DNA of 64,000 nucleotides from contig OZ223236.1 in NCBI GenBank assembly GCA_965140445.1, forward strand, positions 2,304,001 through 2,368,000, written 5' to 3'. A program made the translations under genes and the position numbers. The stretch comes from Candidatus Ozemobacteraceae bacterium (GTDB lineage Bacteria > Muiribacteriota > Ozemobacteria > Ozemobacterales > Ozemobacteraceae). Positions 20,273 through 31,611 of this stretch are shown here, in pieces. Position 1 is the first letter of the stretch. Every line of letters starts with the position of its first letter. The notes beneath the pieces are model-generated. The model made no database searches. It had not been told where the DNA came from and worked only from the letters and a program-made list of their open reading frames with translations.

Positions 20273-21055
20273 ATGAATGAGAGATTTTCGGACTCAGAAG
20301 AAACTACAAAATCACAGGAAAATAAAGTAATTAAGGCTAAAGATAGTGTTTGGAAATGGCCATGCATATATTTTCTTATGCTGTTTATTTGTAGCTTCGG
20401 CCTGTTTTTATACAAAGCTTATAGAATAACTAAGCTTCCTGAAAAGATCTGGAACGATACAGGTGGCAAAATTGGGAGTGCTTTCACCCCTAAAGTCTCT
20501 GTAAAAACAATTATTGCTAATACAATTGGAAAAGTTAATGTAAATGCGAAAATGGTTGTCCTTACCGCTGAGATTTCGGTGAATCTGAAAAAAGCTTCAG
20601 GGAAAACTATTTTCATGGATATGATCAGTCTTGGAACAACAACTGTAGAAATCTTAGTTCCACAGAATAAGATTCAATACGTTGTTTATACAGCCAGCCT
20701 CACGCCGGATTGTTTTAAATACGATGATAAAGCTGAATTGCTTGAATTAGAACTTCCTGAGCCTGTATTAGATGAAGATATTGTGGAAATTCAATCAAAT
20801 CCTGATTTAATCCAGGTTCAAAAAAGTATTGGTTGGGCTAGATTAAGCGCTTATTCGGGTAAAGCTCTTGAAGACCAGCTAAAAGGGGAAATTCGCAAGC
20901 AGGTTATTCAGGAAGGAAAAAATGAATTACTTTCTGATAAAGCTTTTATGGAAGCGCAAAAAATATTTGAAGATTTGCTTAGCGGCATAATTAAAGAGAT
21001 TCCAGGAAGTAAAAAAATAAAGATACTGATCAGGAGAAAAAATGACCAGCAATGA
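20273..21055 (+). CDS. Membrane-anchored DUF4230-like protein
   Basis: Single N-terminal TM, LELPEP motif and helical C-terminus resembling DUF4230. Confidence 0.55.
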   Translation: MNERFSDSEETTKSQENKVIKAKDSVWKWPCIYFLMLFICSFGLFLYKAYRITKLPEKIWNDTGGKIGSAFTPKVSVKTIIANTIGKVNVNAKMVVLTAEISVNLKKASGKTIFMDMISLGTTTVEILVPQNKIQYVVYTASLTPDCFKYDDKAELLELELPEPVLDEDIVEIQSNPDLIQVQKSIGWARLSAYSGKALEDQLKGEIRKQVIQEGKNELLSDKAFMEAQKIFEDLLSGIIKEIPGSKKIKILIRRKNDQQ

Positions 21056-21884
21056 ATTGACAAGCATAGATGCACTTTTATATCAACTTCAGTCAGAAAC
21101 ATCATTGATAAAAAGTATTGAACCCGCTGCAAAGGTAATAGAATTTTTCAGGAATCTTGCGAAGTATGATCACAAGATAAAAGAAGTCGATTTGGGCTCA
21201 GATGCTTCTGGAAGGAGCATTTATAGTTATTCTATCGGTGATGGCCCAACGAACATTTTATTTTATGCATTTCCAGATCCTGGAGAAGCCATTGGTGGAA
21301 CAGGAATTATGGCTTTGGTCAATCTTTTGCAAAAAGGAGCCTGTTGTTTCAAGTCCTTGCCTGTAACCTGGCATTTTATACCCTGTTTGAATTTTGTTGA
21401 CCAGCCTGATGAGGGCAAAACTCTTAAAACAATTATGAAAACAAGATCGCAAGAGGTTGATTGGTGTCTTAATGATCCGAGACCAGAGACAACAGCTCTT
21501 TTAAATGCCGTTAAAGAAATTAAACCTGAATTTACTTTTGCTTTGCATGATGAATATCATTGTGAAGAGTTTGTTCCGCCGTATTTAGGTTCCTCCCATG
21601 AAATGAAGAAAAAAACTTTTGAAAGAATTTGCCGATTGTTTGGAACATTTGGTTTGAAAATGGGAGATTCTTTTTCACATCCTGAGCTTGGAAACGGCTT
21701 TTTTAAGTTCGATTCAATTGGAGAAGAATACTTGAATTGCACATATTCTGAGATTCAAAAATTTGGACCAGTTTTAATTGCTGAGTTATCCAGACAACCT
21801 GAATTGTCAGACGGGGAAATCGTATTTTTGCAATTAGCATCAGGATTTATCTTTCTGAATGACATTTTGAATAAAGAATCCTGA
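21042..21884 (+). CDS. M14 zinc carboxypeptidase-like protein
   Basis: LGSDASGRSI, FPDPGEAIG (HxxE position), IPCLN.D, PETTAL, ALHDE. Confidence 0.65.
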   Translation: MTSNELTSIDALLYQLQSETSLIKSIEPAAKVIEFFRNLAKYDHKIKEVDLGSDASGRSIYSYSIGDGPTNILFYAFPDPGEAIGGTGIMALVNLLQKGACCFKSLPVTWHFIPCLNFVDQPDEGKTLKTIMKTRSQEVDWCLNDPRPETTALLNAVKEIKPEFTFALHDEYHCEEFVPPYLGSSHEMKKKTFERICRLFGTFGLKMGDSFSHPELGNGFFKFDSIGEEYLNCTYSEIQKFGPVLIAELSRQPELSDGEIVFLQLASGFIFLNDILNKES

Positions 21885-21987
21885 TTAATTATAAAGCTAT
21901 GCTTTATTGAAGCACATGTTCGTATCTTAAAATACATTTGTCGAAAAAGAAAAAAATAAGGCCTTGACCCTTATTATTCCCGCTGAT

Positions 21988-22374
21988 ATGGTAGATAAAA
22001 TGAGTGAAACAGTAGAAAAAGCATTTGAAAACTATGAAAACGGCCTCGCCAAACAATCTTGGGATGCTGTAAAAGAATACTTCCACGATGATTGTGCAGT
22101 AATTTTTATTGAGGCCAATTATCTTGGCAAGAAAGCAATTAAGGGTGCCATTGATAAAACCTTTTCCTTAATCCGTGATGAAAAGTTTATTTTGTTTAAC
22201 AAACATTGGACGATAAAAAAGGATGATTTTGCCTCTGTGATTTTTGAATATGAATGGTCGGGCAAAATTAATGGCGAAATTTTCAGAACTCTCGGTCGTG
22301 GAACAGCTGTTATGATCAAAGAAAATGATAGATGGCAGATAATCAATGAGCACCTGGGGCCAATGCCCCGATAA
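21988..22374 (+). CDS. NTF2/SnoaL-like (DUF4440/YybH-type) protein
   Basis: FHDDC, GRGTAV..KENDRWQIINEHL; start uncertain (21964/21988/22000). Confidence 0.75.
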   Translation: MVDKMSETVEKAFENYENGLAKQSWDAVKEYFHDDCAVIFIEANYLGKKAIKGAIDKTFSLIRDEKFILFNKHWTIKKDDFASVIFEYEWSGKINGEIFRTLGRGTAVMIKENDRWQIINEHLGPMPR

Positions 22375-22407
22375 AGTTTTGGAGCAATGGCTCCATAGAG
22401 GCATGGC

Positions 22408-23190
22408 GTGGAAGCTAAAATTATTCAAGATAAGCGACAGATCGAGAATTTCTGTATGAGAAACCCTGATCTTTACCTATACCATATTGGAGATCTGGAT
22501 GATTTTTTCTGGCCCCATATTACATGGTTTGGTTTGGTTGAAAACAATGATTTAACTGAATTGGCTTTCCTTTATCAGGATGAGAAAATGCCTATTTTGT
22601 GTGCTCTTTCTGATAACCTGTATCGATCGCTTAAACTTCTGGAGACAATAAATGACCAGCTTCCGGCAGCCTTTTATTCCCATTTAGTTCCAGGTGCAGA
22701 TAAGGAGTTAGGTAATTTATGGGGAATGGAGCCACACGGTAGATATTTGCGAATGATGTTGGATAATTCAGTTAAGCAATACGCTGCTGAAAAGACCGAA
22801 ATTTTGACCAATAATGACCTCTTAGAAGTTCAGGAGTTTTATCAAAATAGTTATCCTGGAAATTGGTTTGCAAAGCGAATGATTGAAACTGGAATGTATC
22901 TTGGGTATCGCATTAATGGTGAACTTGTTGCTGTAGCAGGAGTTCATGTTTATTCTGAGGAATTTGGCGTCGCATCTCTGGGAAACATAACAGTTAGACC
23001 TGATTGTCGGGGAAAAGGCATTGCATCTAGAATTACTTCAGCACTTTGTAAAAGATTGCAGGAAAGAGTCCAAATCATTGGCTTAAATGTGAAATCTGAC
23101 AATCATGCGGCAATATCTTGTTATGAAAAGGTTGGTTTTAGTATTAAAGCTGAATATGACGAGTTTATGATTAGAAGGTTGAGAGGCTAG
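22408..23190 (+). CDS. GNAT family acetyltransferase (FR47-like)
   Basis: LGNITVRPDCRGKGIA, LNV...N..AISCYEKVGF. Confidence 0.85.
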   Translation: MEAKIIQDKRQIENFCMRNPDLYLYHIGDLDDFFWPHITWFGLVENNDLTELAFLYQDEKMPILCALSDNLYRSLKLLETINDQLPAAFYSHLVPGADKELGNLWGMEPHGRYLRMMLDNSVKQYAAEKTEILTNNDLLEVQEFYQNSYPGNWFAKRMIETGMYLGYRINGELVAVAGVHVYSEEFGVASLGNITVRPDCRGKGIASRITSALCKRLQERVQIIGLNVKSDNHAAISCYEKVGFSIKAEYDEFMIRRLRG

Positions 23191-23192
23191 AT

Positions 23193-23924
23193 TTGAAGAT
23201 TAGGGGAATAGTATTATTTTTACTGTCTGTTCTCGCTATTGCTGGAGCTTATCAGGTAATCGCAGCTTTTCCAATCGCAAATCCAAATCCAAATTTAAAA
23301 ACCACATCTGACAAAAATGTAGATTTAAATGATGCCAAAGTTGATGGCGAAATTGAACAAAAAGTAAATTCATCTGGTTTAAATGTTCGGTATCGAAGTG
23401 GATTTAGTATTGAACAGGCTAATGAGCTGGTTGCTGCTGCTCACGAAAGAACAAAACATCTGGTTAGATATGATGGAAAATATGTAAGTTTAAAATACCC
23501 AATGGGTGATGTTCCTGATAATATAGGGGTTTGCACTGATGTAATAATTCGATCATATCGTAAGATCGGCATTGATTTACAGAAGGAAGTTCACATGGAC
23601 ATGAAGCTGAACTTTGCAAAATACCCTAAAAAATGGGGACTTAAAAGAACGGACACAAATATTGATCACCGAAGGGTTCCAAATTTGAGGACTTTTTTTT
23701 CCCGGAAAGGTAAAAGTTTTAAGCCTTCAAATAACCCAAAAGACTATTTTCCAGGGGATTTAGTAACCTGGATGTTGCCTGGAAATCTTCCTCATATCGG
23801 GATTGTTTCTGAGAAGTTCTCTGAAGATGGTTTACGTCCCTTGATCATCCATAACATTGGCGCAGGCCCAGTTTTGGAGGATATGTTATTTGATTACAAA
23901 ATTACAGGTATTTATCGCTACTAA
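23193..23924 (+). CDS. Secreted DUF1287 (YijF-like) protein
   Basis: YPMGDVP..GVCTDVIIR, DTNIDHRRVPNL, GDLVTW, PHIGIVS, IHNIG; signal peptide. Confidence 0.88.
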   Translation: MKIRGIVLFLLSVLAIAGAYQVIAAFPIANPNPNLKTTSDKNVDLNDAKVDGEIEQKVNSSGLNVRYRSGFSIEQANELVAAAHERTKHLVRYDGKYVSLKYPMGDVPDNIGVCTDVIIRSYRKIGIDLQKEVHMDMKLNFAKYPKKWGLKRTDTNIDHRRVPNLRTFFSRKGKSFKPSNNPKDYFPGDLVTWMLPGNLPHIGIVSEKFSEDGLRPLIIHNIGAGPVLEDMLFDYKITGIYRY

Positions 23925-23947
23925 GGCCTTTAAAACAGGAGTTTAAA

Positions 23948-24661
23948 ATGAGTTTAAAAAAAATACAGGATTTACTTAAAGCAAATATTAAAAAATGTCT
24001 TATTTACGAGACACATGCAGGAGAAATAAAAAGCCATACTGATACCGGTTTTGGCGGTAAGCCTTTTGTCCCAGCTGGTGAAAAATGGCCAAAATGCGTT
24101 TGTTGTTCTAAAAATTTGTCATTTATTTTCCAGCTGAATTTGCATGATGATTTCTATTCTTTCTTTTATTGCTGGGATTGTTTTCCAGGTGGCTTTCTGG
24201 ACGAAGAGCCTGGGCAATGGAAAATTTTTCATGCTAAAAAAGGAGAAAAATTTACTCAATTACAGTGTCCAGACGGAATTGAAAATTTGACTCCCTGCAT
24301 TTGTGATTCGAGAGAAGGCACGTCCTTGCCAGATTGGGATGGTCTGACTGATAATTTCCCTGAAATTGCAAAGCTTTGTGAAGAAGAAGATGAAGATAAC
24401 CCATGGGATGTTCTTATTGACGCAGCGATTGAATTACATTGTGATGCAGAAGAAAATATGACGCAAACAGGTGGATATCCTTTTTGGCTGCAGGGTTCAG
24501 CTTCAAGAAAGTGCCCTGTTTGTTCAAAAGAAATGGAAGTTTTTTGTCAGATTGGCTCAGAAGATAATGCAAAACTTATGTGGGGAGATGCCGGCCAGAT
24601 GTATCTATTTAGATGTCCTGAGCACAAAACTGAATTTCAAATTGAAATGCAGTGCTATTAA
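23948..24661 (+). CDS. DUF1963 (YwqG-like) protein with Cys motifs
   Basis: FGGKPF, WPKC..C, FIFQLNL, GGYPFWLQ, MWGDAG.MYLF, EMQCY. Confidence 0.8.
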   Translation: MSLKKIQDLLKANIKKCLIYETHAGEIKSHTDTGFGGKPFVPAGEKWPKCVCCSKNLSFIFQLNLHDDFYSFFYCWDCFPGGFLDEEPGQWKIFHAKKGEKFTQLQCPDGIENLTPCICDSREGTSLPDWDGLTDNFPEIAKLCEEEDEDNPWDVLIDAAIELHCDAEENMTQTGGYPFWLQGSASRKCPVCSKEMEVFCQIGSEDNAKLMWGDAGQMYLFRCPEHKTEFQIEMQCY

Positions 24662-24670
24662 TTTTTAAAT

Positions 24671-24700
24671 AAAAAAAGCCCGGATTTCCGGGCTTTTTTT
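24671..24700. terminator. Intrinsic terminator
   Basis: AAAAAAAGCCCGGA-tt-TCCGGGCTTTTTTT. Confidence 0.88.
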
Positions 24701-24786
24701 CTATCTCCAATCCGGTTTAAAAAATATATTGGCAATTTTCAATTTTGGCTTTTAATGCTAGAATCAATCATTGGAGAACTGTGCAA

Positions 24787-25284
24787 ATGTATCAGAGCTT
24801 TTTCGAGATGGTGATAATCACCATTGGAGTAGGTTTGAGCTTCATTGGTTTTGTCGGTTGTCTTATACCTGTTTTACCCGGCCCAACGCTAAATCTTGCG
24901 GCAATTTTGTTGGCTCACTTCGGCCTACAGCGACAACCTTTTACTATAAAGCAATTACTTGTTTTTTCAGGTTTAACTTTATTAATTCTGATAATGGACA
25001 ATTTTTTTCCTGTTTTTACGGCCAAGGTTTATGGAAGCTCTAAAAAGGGGCTTTTCTTAGCAACCTTAGGACTATTTTTGGGTTTATTCTTTTTCCCTCC
25101 TTTTGGAATGATTATAGGAGCTTTTTTGGGTGCATTTTTGGGAGAGCTGCTTTCCAAAAAAACAAACCGACAGGCTATAAAATCGGGAATTGCAACTCTG
25201 GTTGGTTTTTGTGTTGGGCTTGCCTTTAAGCTCGGATTGTCTGGCATTTTAACATTTTATTTTGTAATTGAATTAATAAAGTAA
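24787..25284 (+). CDS. DUF456-family membrane protein
   Basis: IPVLPGP, YGSSK.G, PFGMIIGAFLGAFLGEL; SD GGAG before ATG 24787. Confidence 0.85.
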   Translation: MYQSFFEMVIITIGVGLSFIGFVGCLIPVLPGPTLNLAAILLAHFGLQRQPFTIKQLLVFSGLTLLILIMDNFFPVFTAKVYGSSKKGLFLATLGLFLGLFFFPPFGMIIGAFLGAFLGELLSKKTNRQAIKSGIATLVGFCVGLAFKLGLSGILTFYFVIELIK

Positions 25285-25301
25285 AGGGTGGTTCTTTAAT
25301 T

Positions 25302-25889
25302 GTGAATGCAGATTCCAGGTCTATATTGAGTTATTACGGAGAGGACGCCAAAGTTTACATTTTTAGACTTGGATTACCTTTGGATGTTAGAGGAAATTTT
25401 ATTTGCGGACTTGAAATAGCCTTAATTGCTATGTTGCAGTTTCGATTTTTGAATACTCCTCTTTCCGAAGGCTGGATAATAGGCGCTGGGGTAATAGGCT
25501 TTGTTGCTCTTCGATATTTTTTATTACGCCTAAAATATCCAATTGTTGAACCTATATTGCTTGGTCAGGATCATATGGTTATTCCAGCTTGTTTGCTCAA
25601 CAATAAGCCTAAAAGAATTATTCCTCTTGAAGACATTCGATCAGTAAAATTCTTTTTTTCCAAAAGAAAGGGCGGGGGACGGAATTTGACTTCCTTAGAT
25701 GTTAATGCGGCCCCTGATAATAATTTTAGAATAAATTGGCTGATGGCAGATTTAAGAAAAATCCAAATTTATTTTGAGGACAATCAGGTCAAATACACCT
25801 TAAATCTTGGCAGAAATATTCTTTTGTTTTTTGGGATTATTCTATTTCTGGTTGTTTCTCTAATAGGTATTCTTGCCTCAATTCACTAG
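25302..25889 (+). CDS. Hypothetical membrane protein
   Basis: 195-aa ORF in a co-oriented run with three hydrophobic segments. Confidence 0.6.
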   Translation: MNADSRSILSYYGEDAKVYIFRLGLPLDVRGNFICGLEIALIAMLQFRFLNTPLSEGWIIGAGVIGFVALRYFLLRLKYPIVEPILLGQDHMVIPACLLNNKPKRIIPLEDIRSVKFFFSKRKGGGRNLTSLDVNAAPDNNFRINWLMADLRKIQIYFEDNQVKYTLNLGRNILLFFGIILFLVVSLIGILASIH

Positions 25890-25898
25890 GAGCCGGCT

Positions 25899-26798
25899 TT
25901 GGAAAAAATGAAACCTGGATCTATTTTTCTTTTGTTTTGCATTTTTCTTTTGAACACCTACGCTGGTTATTCTCAGGAAATAACAAAAGCAAGTGGAACT
26001 GTTAGTTTTAAATTTATTGCTGAAAACCAAATAAAGGAGATTCCTATATGGTTTTACAAACCAGCACGTTTTGATAGACGTCTTCCCATCGCTTTTGTAT
26101 TGCACGGAATTAAAAGAAATGCCAAAAAGTATTTGAAGTATTGGAAGGATTTTGCGGACAGAACAGGCTGCTTAATTGTTGCCCCTGAGTTTAAGGAAAC
26201 ATACTTTAAAGGTTCTCAATCATATAACTGTGGAAACGTTTTTAACAGGAGAAAAGAGCTCAATGCCACAACGGATTGGACTTTTGTCGCCATAGATAAA
26301 ATTTTTGAATCATTAAAAAAAGCAAATGGACTAAGTTGCCAGCATTTTTTCCTGTATGGACATTCTGCAGGTGCTCAATTTGTTCATAGATATATCTGGT
26401 TTATGGAAAACACAAAATGTGGCTTAGCTATTGCCGCAAACAGCGGTTTTTATACTTTTCCAGATGTTCAAAATTCTTATCCCTATGGATTTAAAAACCT
26501 TCCGTCATGCTTTAAGAAGCTTGAGAATTCTTTTAAAAAGAATCTGATAATTTTGTTGGGAGATCAGGATATCGATACGCAGCACAAATATCTAAACCGT
26601 TCGAAGCGTGCCATGATTCAAGGAATTAATCGATTTGAAAGGGGTAAAAGATTTTTTAATACTTGTGAAGCTGAGTCACTAAAAAGGAATTCAAAATTTT
26701 ATTGGAAAAAAATCATTGTTCCTGGAGCAGGTCACAGTAATAAGTTAATGATGAAAGCTGCGGAAAAACTTATGGAAACAGAGTTGGGGAAACGATAA
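25899..26798 (+). CDS. Secreted alpha/beta-hydrolase (esterase-like)
   Basis: Signal peptide, VLHG, VAPEF, GHSAGAQF nucleophile elbow, G..D, VPGAGH. Confidence 0.85.
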   Translation: MEKMKPGSIFLLFCIFLLNTYAGYSQEITKASGTVSFKFIAENQIKEIPIWFYKPARFDRRLPIAFVLHGIKRNAKKYLKYWKDFADRTGCLIVAPEFKETYFKGSQSYNCGNVFNRRKELNATTDWTFVAIDKIFESLKKANGLSCQHFFLYGHSAGAQFVHRYIWFMENTKCGLAIAANSGFYTFPDVQNSYPYGFKNLPSCFKKLENSFKKNLIILLGDQDIDTQHKYLNRSKRAMIQGINRFERGKRFFNTCEAESLKRNSKFYWKKIIVPGAGHSNKLMMKAAEKLMETELGKR

Positions 26799-26880
26799 AA
26801 ATCAAAATACTCTGTACATTGCGCAAATCTCGAAAATAAGTAAAATTAAAGCATACTATCAACAATGTGGGGAAAGAAAT

Positions 26881-28407
26881 TTGAATACGAAAGAGCTAAA
26901 ACTTATTTCTTTTTTGTTTATAATAGTTTTCTTGTCGGTTGGAAGCACTAGTTACGGTTGGAACTGTGTTGATGCGCATCCTACTATTAATGAAATGGCA
27001 GGAAAGCTATTTATAGCTAAAAGTCAGACTGAATCTTTTGGGGAAAAATATAAAAATTCACCAATTGATACTAAAATTATTCTTGAAGGATATACCTTTA
27101 AGAAGGCAAAAATGACCGAAAAATCATCGAAGCCTTATTTGTTGAAAACAAATTTTACTGGTTGGCTTGCCAGAGGCGGACATGATGCTGATGTTCCTTC
27201 GTTTCAAATGGGTTTTAGGCATTTTTATGATCCAATTTATGACCCCCATTACCTGACATGGTTCAGGAGATGGTTAAAGAAACCTGATAAGAAAGATTAT
27301 GCTTCTGAAGCTGAATTTTTTAAATCGCTCCAATATCGTGCTGATGATTGGAATCCCAACATCAAATTTGGAACAAAAGACAGGAAATTTAGCATTCAAC
27401 CCAAGGTTATTAAACCTGAAATAGATGCTATTACCTGGGCTTTAAAGCATGAAGAAAATGAGCATTCATGGCATGCTGGTCTGATAGCATATAAAGCTGC
27501 AATGGAAAACGACTCTTCAAAGTTTGGAAAGCTAAATCGTGAGCAGGTTTATGCAAAGGCTTTCAGATGTCTTGGAGAAACAATGCATTTAATGGCAGAC
27601 ATGGCTCAACCAGCACATGTAAGAGCCGATTCTCACTCCGTACATGAGCCTATCGAGAAAACAGTCGATGGTGAAATGATAAAAAAGGTTATTGGTGATA
27701 AATACCTGAACCCAGATTTTAAGCCTACAAGGGATTTTACTATTGTTAGAGGGCTTTCACCTGAAGTTCAGATGCAGAGGGTTGCAGTTTTTACCAATAA
27801 GAGATTTTTCAGCAATGACACTATATTTGATTATAAAAAGTGGGTTTTCCAAAGAAATCATAAAAAAGCTTACCCTGAACCACAGCTATCTCGTTTAAAA
27901 GAGGTTAAGGGAGTATATTACTCATACTTCAAAGATGTTGGATGGGTTCAGCTGGCGAGAGAAACTGGGTCATTGTTTTCAATGGTCATTGGAAAATCTG
28001 AGAAATACGGAAGAAAAAATCCAAAGTTTAATGTTTTGCCATCTATGGCTGAAGACCAGGCTAAAGTTTTGATTCCTCTGGCAATATATAATTGCTCTGA
28101 ACTCATAGATAAATTCTTTCCAACGATGCAACTGGACGCTGATTACTCAAATAAAGATGGTAATACCTTTAGTTTTAATGCAAATCTCATTCATAACGTT
28201 GAGCAGGATTCTGAGTGGAAGGAAATTGGAGAGATAAAGTATTCTGGAACTGGTTTTGTATACGTGAATAATAATTTGAGACAAAAATGTAATTTTGTCT
28301 CTGGTGCAACTGAATTTGAATCAAATCTTGAGTCTGGAGATACTGTCAGGATTTGTATCAGGGCTGGTGGGAGAATGTTCTGGAGCAAGCCTATAGAGAT
28401 TCGTTGA
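26881..28407 (+). CDS. Secreted zinc-dependent phospholipase C / P1 nuclease-fold protein
   Basis: Signal peptide followed by W...H (GWNCVDAH), G..DAD, HFYDP, LGETMHLMADMAQPAH, H...E. Confidence 0.7.
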   Translation: MNTKELKLISFLFIIVFLSVGSTSYGWNCVDAHPTINEMAGKLFIAKSQTESFGEKYKNSPIDTKIILEGYTFKKAKMTEKSSKPYLLKTNFTGWLARGGHDADVPSFQMGFRHFYDPIYDPHYLTWFRRWLKKPDKKDYASEAEFFKSLQYRADDWNPNIKFGTKDRKFSIQPKVIKPEIDAITWALKHEENEHSWHAGLIAYKAAMENDSSKFGKLNREQVYAKAFRCLGETMHLMADMAQPAHVRADSHSVHEPIEKTVDGEMIKKVIGDKYLNPDFKPTRDFTIVRGLSPEVQMQRVAVFTNKRFFSNDTIFDYKKWVFQRNHKKAYPEPQLSRLKEVKGVYYSYFKDVGWVQLARETGSLFSMVIGKSEKYGRKNPKFNVLPSMAEDQAKVLIPLAIYNCSELIDKFFPTMQLDADYSNKDGNTFSFNANLIHNVEQDSEWKEIGEIKYSGTGFVYVNNNLRQKCNFVSGATEFESNLESGDTVRICIRAGGRMFWSKPIEIR

Positions 28408-28442
28408 TCTTCATTCACAAATTCATACAGCTTTAAAAACTT

Positions 28443-28476
28443 AACGCCGAGATTAAAATAAATCTCGGCGTTTTTT
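28443..28476. terminator. Terminator between convergent genes
   Basis: AACGCCGAGATT-aaaata-AATCTCGGCGTT plus T-run. Confidence 0.8.
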
Positions 28477-28477
28477 A

Positions 28478-31400
28478 TTATTTTTTACTATTCAAAACTT
28501 TGGATATTTTGGTGGATAAATTTTGTAGGCTATAAGGCTTTGAGATAAATTCTACTTCTGTATCAAGAATTCCTCTAGTTAAGATCGCATCCTCTGTAAA
28601 ACCGGATGAAAAAATGGTTGGCAGTTCTGGCAAGAGTTCATGAACCTTTTCTGATAACTCTCTACCGTTTATCCCTGGCATAACCACGTCTGTTAAAAGC
28701 AGGGATGGCATTTCCTCAGTTTCAAGAGAGTTTTGTAACCATATTAGTGCTTCTTTACCATTAGGGAAGTCTATGACCCGGTAGTTAAACATTGTTAACC
28801 CTTCTTTTACTAATCCTCTCAATGAATCTTCGTCTTCAACCACCATTATAAGCTCCCCGTTACCTTTTGACTGATACTTTTCGTTTTCCAATGGATTTTT
28901 CAGTAATTCATTTGAGGCAGGAATTAGAATCTTAAAAGTTGTTCCAGTTCCCAGTTCTGAGTAAACCTGTATAACACCGCCAAGTTGATTAATGACACCG
29001 TAAACCATTGCCATTCCAAGGCCTGTTCCCTTACCTACTTCTTTTGTTGTAAAAAATGGTTCGAAAATGTGTTGTCTTACTTCCTCAGACATTCCTGAAC
29101 CTGTATCTGATATAGCAATATTTACGTATCTTCCTTCTTTTAATCCTTGAGTAAGCTCACTAAGGCTGCTGTCAAGGTTTACATTGCTGGCCTCAATTAT
29201 TAGCTTGCCGCCATCTGTCATAGCATCTCTAGCGTTAACCGCCATATTTACAAAAACCTGTTCCAGTTGACCAGTGTCCGCTTTTATTGGATAAAGGTTT
29301 TCAGCAATTTTCAGTTTTAGATTAATATCTTCTCCAATAACCCTATCCAGCATTATTTTAAGGTTTTTTAAAAGAAATGCTAAATCGATGGTTGTATGCT
29401 CTACTATATCTTTTCTGGAAAATGCCAAAAGTTGTCTGGTTAAAGAGCTGGCACTTTTTCCAGCCTTGGCAACTTCTTGGAGCATTTTGGCCATATCACT
29501 TGTCATTTGAGGATTTAAAAGGAGTAACTCAGTGAACCCATTTATTACTGTTAGCAAATTGTTAAAATCATGAGCAATTCCCCCTGCCAGGCGTCCCACA
29601 GATTCCATCTTTTGGGCTTGCAAAAATTGAGCTTCAAGTTTTTTTCTTGATTCCTCTGCTTTAATTTTCTCCGAGATATCTCGCCATTGACAAAAAATAG
29701 CAGATTCCCCGTGAAGAGTTAATGAGGCTAAGGTGACTTCGACTGGTAGTTCTGTTTCATCTTTTCTTAAATGGGTCCATTCAAATCTTAACACGCCTTG
29801 AATAAGTGCTTGACGCATGAACTCGTCGGCTTTCTGCCTCGAATTTAAACCATCTGGTTGAAATTCAGGAGAAATTTTTGATGGATGAATTGATACTAAC
29901 TCTTCCTTTGAGCCATATTTTAGTGCTCTAATAGCCGATAGATTACAGTCTTCGAACAAGCCATTTTTTATAATCCAGCTTGGATCTGGCGAATTATCAA
30001 ATAGAATTCTAAACCTTTCTTCACTTTCTCTTAGAGCTTGTAATGACATGTGAAGGTCTGTTATATCTCGCCCTTCGGCTATCAAATATTTTATAGCTCC
30101 AAAATTGTCTTTAAATGGTTTTAGTGAAAAATCGATAATCTGATTCTTGTCAGTATTGTTGGAGGCTGCTTCAAATCTGATAAATTTGCCCGAAGCAGCA
30201 GATTTTATTCCATGCTTTATCTGTTCTTGAAGGTTCGCAGAGTGGTTCCACCATGGAGTTTCCCAGAAAGGCTTTCCAACAACTTCTTCTTTTGAAGCTC
30301 CTATTAGGTCAAGGGCTGGTGAATTCGCTTCTATTATCTCGCCAGTTTTTGTTAAAATTCCTGTTAGCTGAAAAGATTGATCGAAGAGAGCTTTTAATTT
30401 TTCACTACTCTCTTCCAGCGCAAGTTTTTGCCGCTTATTTAAATCTATTTCTTTTTCAAGCTCTGTGGTTCTCAATTTTACTTGTCGCCTTAGCTGGAAA
30501 TTCCAAAATAAAGCCAGAGAGACGATTCCAAAAAGAATTACAATCCCTTTTTGCGCATTTTCAATGGTTTCAGCTGAAGAATCAATAGTTTTGAGCCATT
30601 TTTCATGTATTTTTGCGATTTTTTGCGGAGGGGCAAGTTTGATGGCTTTATCAAATATCTTTGCTAACGGGGCAAGATCCTTACGAAAGCCCATTGCCAT
30701 TTCGATTTTAAAAGGTGCAGAAAAAGCGATTCTCAGCTCGGATAGATTATGTTTTTTAGAGTAATAAGCAAGAGATGCCATGTCTATTAGGCCAGCATCT
30801 GATGTGCCAAGTAAAACTTGCCCAATTAAACCTTCAGTCCGGTCATTCAAAGTCAGATTTATTTGAGGAAAATCAGTTTCGATTATTTTTTGCCCGAGCC
30901 AGCCTTTTAAGTAAGCAACTTTTTTTCCGAACAATTCCTCCATTTTTGAATATTTGGGTGAATTTTTATTGGTAATTATTACATGAGGGATCTCTGCGTA
31001 GGGAGCGGTAAACTCTATAAATCCTTTCCTATCTTCAGAGATAAAAATTGAGGCTGCACCATCCAACTGCTGATTCTTGATTTTGTTTATTACTGTGTCC
31101 CAAGAATCATAGGGATCGGGAATTTCGAATTTTAAGCCAAGCATTTCTGTGGCAAGCTTAAAATAGTCAGCAGAAATTCCTGTATAAACACCTTTTTCAT
31201 CTAAAAATTCAAATGGGGGCCAATCTGGCGAAATTCCTATTTTTAGGGTTTGTAGCTTGGAAAGAAAGTTCTTTTCTTCAATTGAAAGATTGTTAAATGC
31301 TGGTGTATGCGCTTTGGATGGCTGAAGTATAGATATGGTTTCGTTTTCCTGGGCGTTGGCAGAAGTGAAAAAAAATATAGCAATGGCTATCATCAGAAAA

Positions 31401-31483
31401 AAAAGCGTTTTTCTGAGTGGTGACTTGATTTTTCTTGCACAGGACATAGAAGGCAAAAAATTCTGTAGCTTCTCTGATTCCAT
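28478..31483 (-). CDS. Hybrid sensor histidine kinase (periplasmic PBPb + 2 PAS + HisKA/HATPase + receiver)
   Basis: DWPPFEF SBP3 domain, [29 protein letters not shown]-box, [18 protein letters not shown] boxes, VEDE..TDVVMP..KP receiver. Confidence 0.93.
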   Translation of the reverse strand: MESEKLQNFLPSMSCARKIKSPLRKTLFFLMIAIAIFFFTSANAQENETISILQPSKAHTPAFNNLSIEEKNFLSKLQTLKIGISPDWPPFEFLDEKGVYTGISADYFKLATEMLGLKFEIPDPYDSWDTVINKIKNQQLDGAASIFISEDRKGFIEFTAPYAEIPHVIITNKNSPKYSKMEELFGKKVAYLKGWLGQKIIETDFPQINLTLNDRTEGLIGQVLLGTSDAGLIDMASLAYYSKKHNLSELRIAFSAPFKIEMAMGFRKDLAPLAKIFDKAIKLAPPQKIAKIHEKWLKTIDSSAETIENAQKGIVILFGIVSLALFWNFQLRRQVKLRTTELEKEIDLNKRQKLALEESSEKLKALFDQSFQLTGILTKTGEIIEANSPALDLIGASKEEVVGKPFWETPWWNHSANLQEQIKHGIKSAASGKFIRFEAASNNTDKNQIIDFSLKPFKDNFGAIKYLIAEGRDITDLHMSLQALRESEERFRILFDNSPDPSWIIKNGLFEDCNLSAIRALKYGSKEELVSIHPSKISPEFQPDGLNSRQKADEFMRQALIQGVLRFEWTHLRKDETELPVEVTLASLTLHGESAIFCQWRDISEKIKAEESRKKLEAQFLQAQKMESVGRLAGGIAHDFNNLLTVINGFTELLLLNPQMTSDMAKMLQEVAKAGKSASSLTRQLLAFSRKDIVEHTTIDLAFLLKNLKIMLDRVIGEDINLKLKIAENLYPIKADTGQLEQVFVNMAVNARDAMTDGGKLIIEASNVNLDSSLSELTQGLKEGRYVNIAISDTGSGMSEEVRQHIFEPFFTTKEVGKGTGLGMAMVYGVINQLGGVIQVYSELGTGTTFKILIPASNELLKNPLENEKYQSKGNGELIMVVEDEDSLRGLVKEGLTMFNYRVIDFPNGKEALIWLQNSLETEEMPSLLLTDVVMPGINGRELSEKVHELLPELPTIFSSGFTEDAILTRGILDTEVEFISKPYSLQNLSTKISKVLNSKK

Positions 31484-31611
31484 AACTAAAATATAGTGAA
31501 ATCTCAGCCATTAGTCACGCATTAGTTTCATATATACGAAATATAAGAAAAATATGAGAAGTTATTCAATTTATGATTCTCAAGCCTTATGGAATTTTGT
31601 ATAATGAAAAA

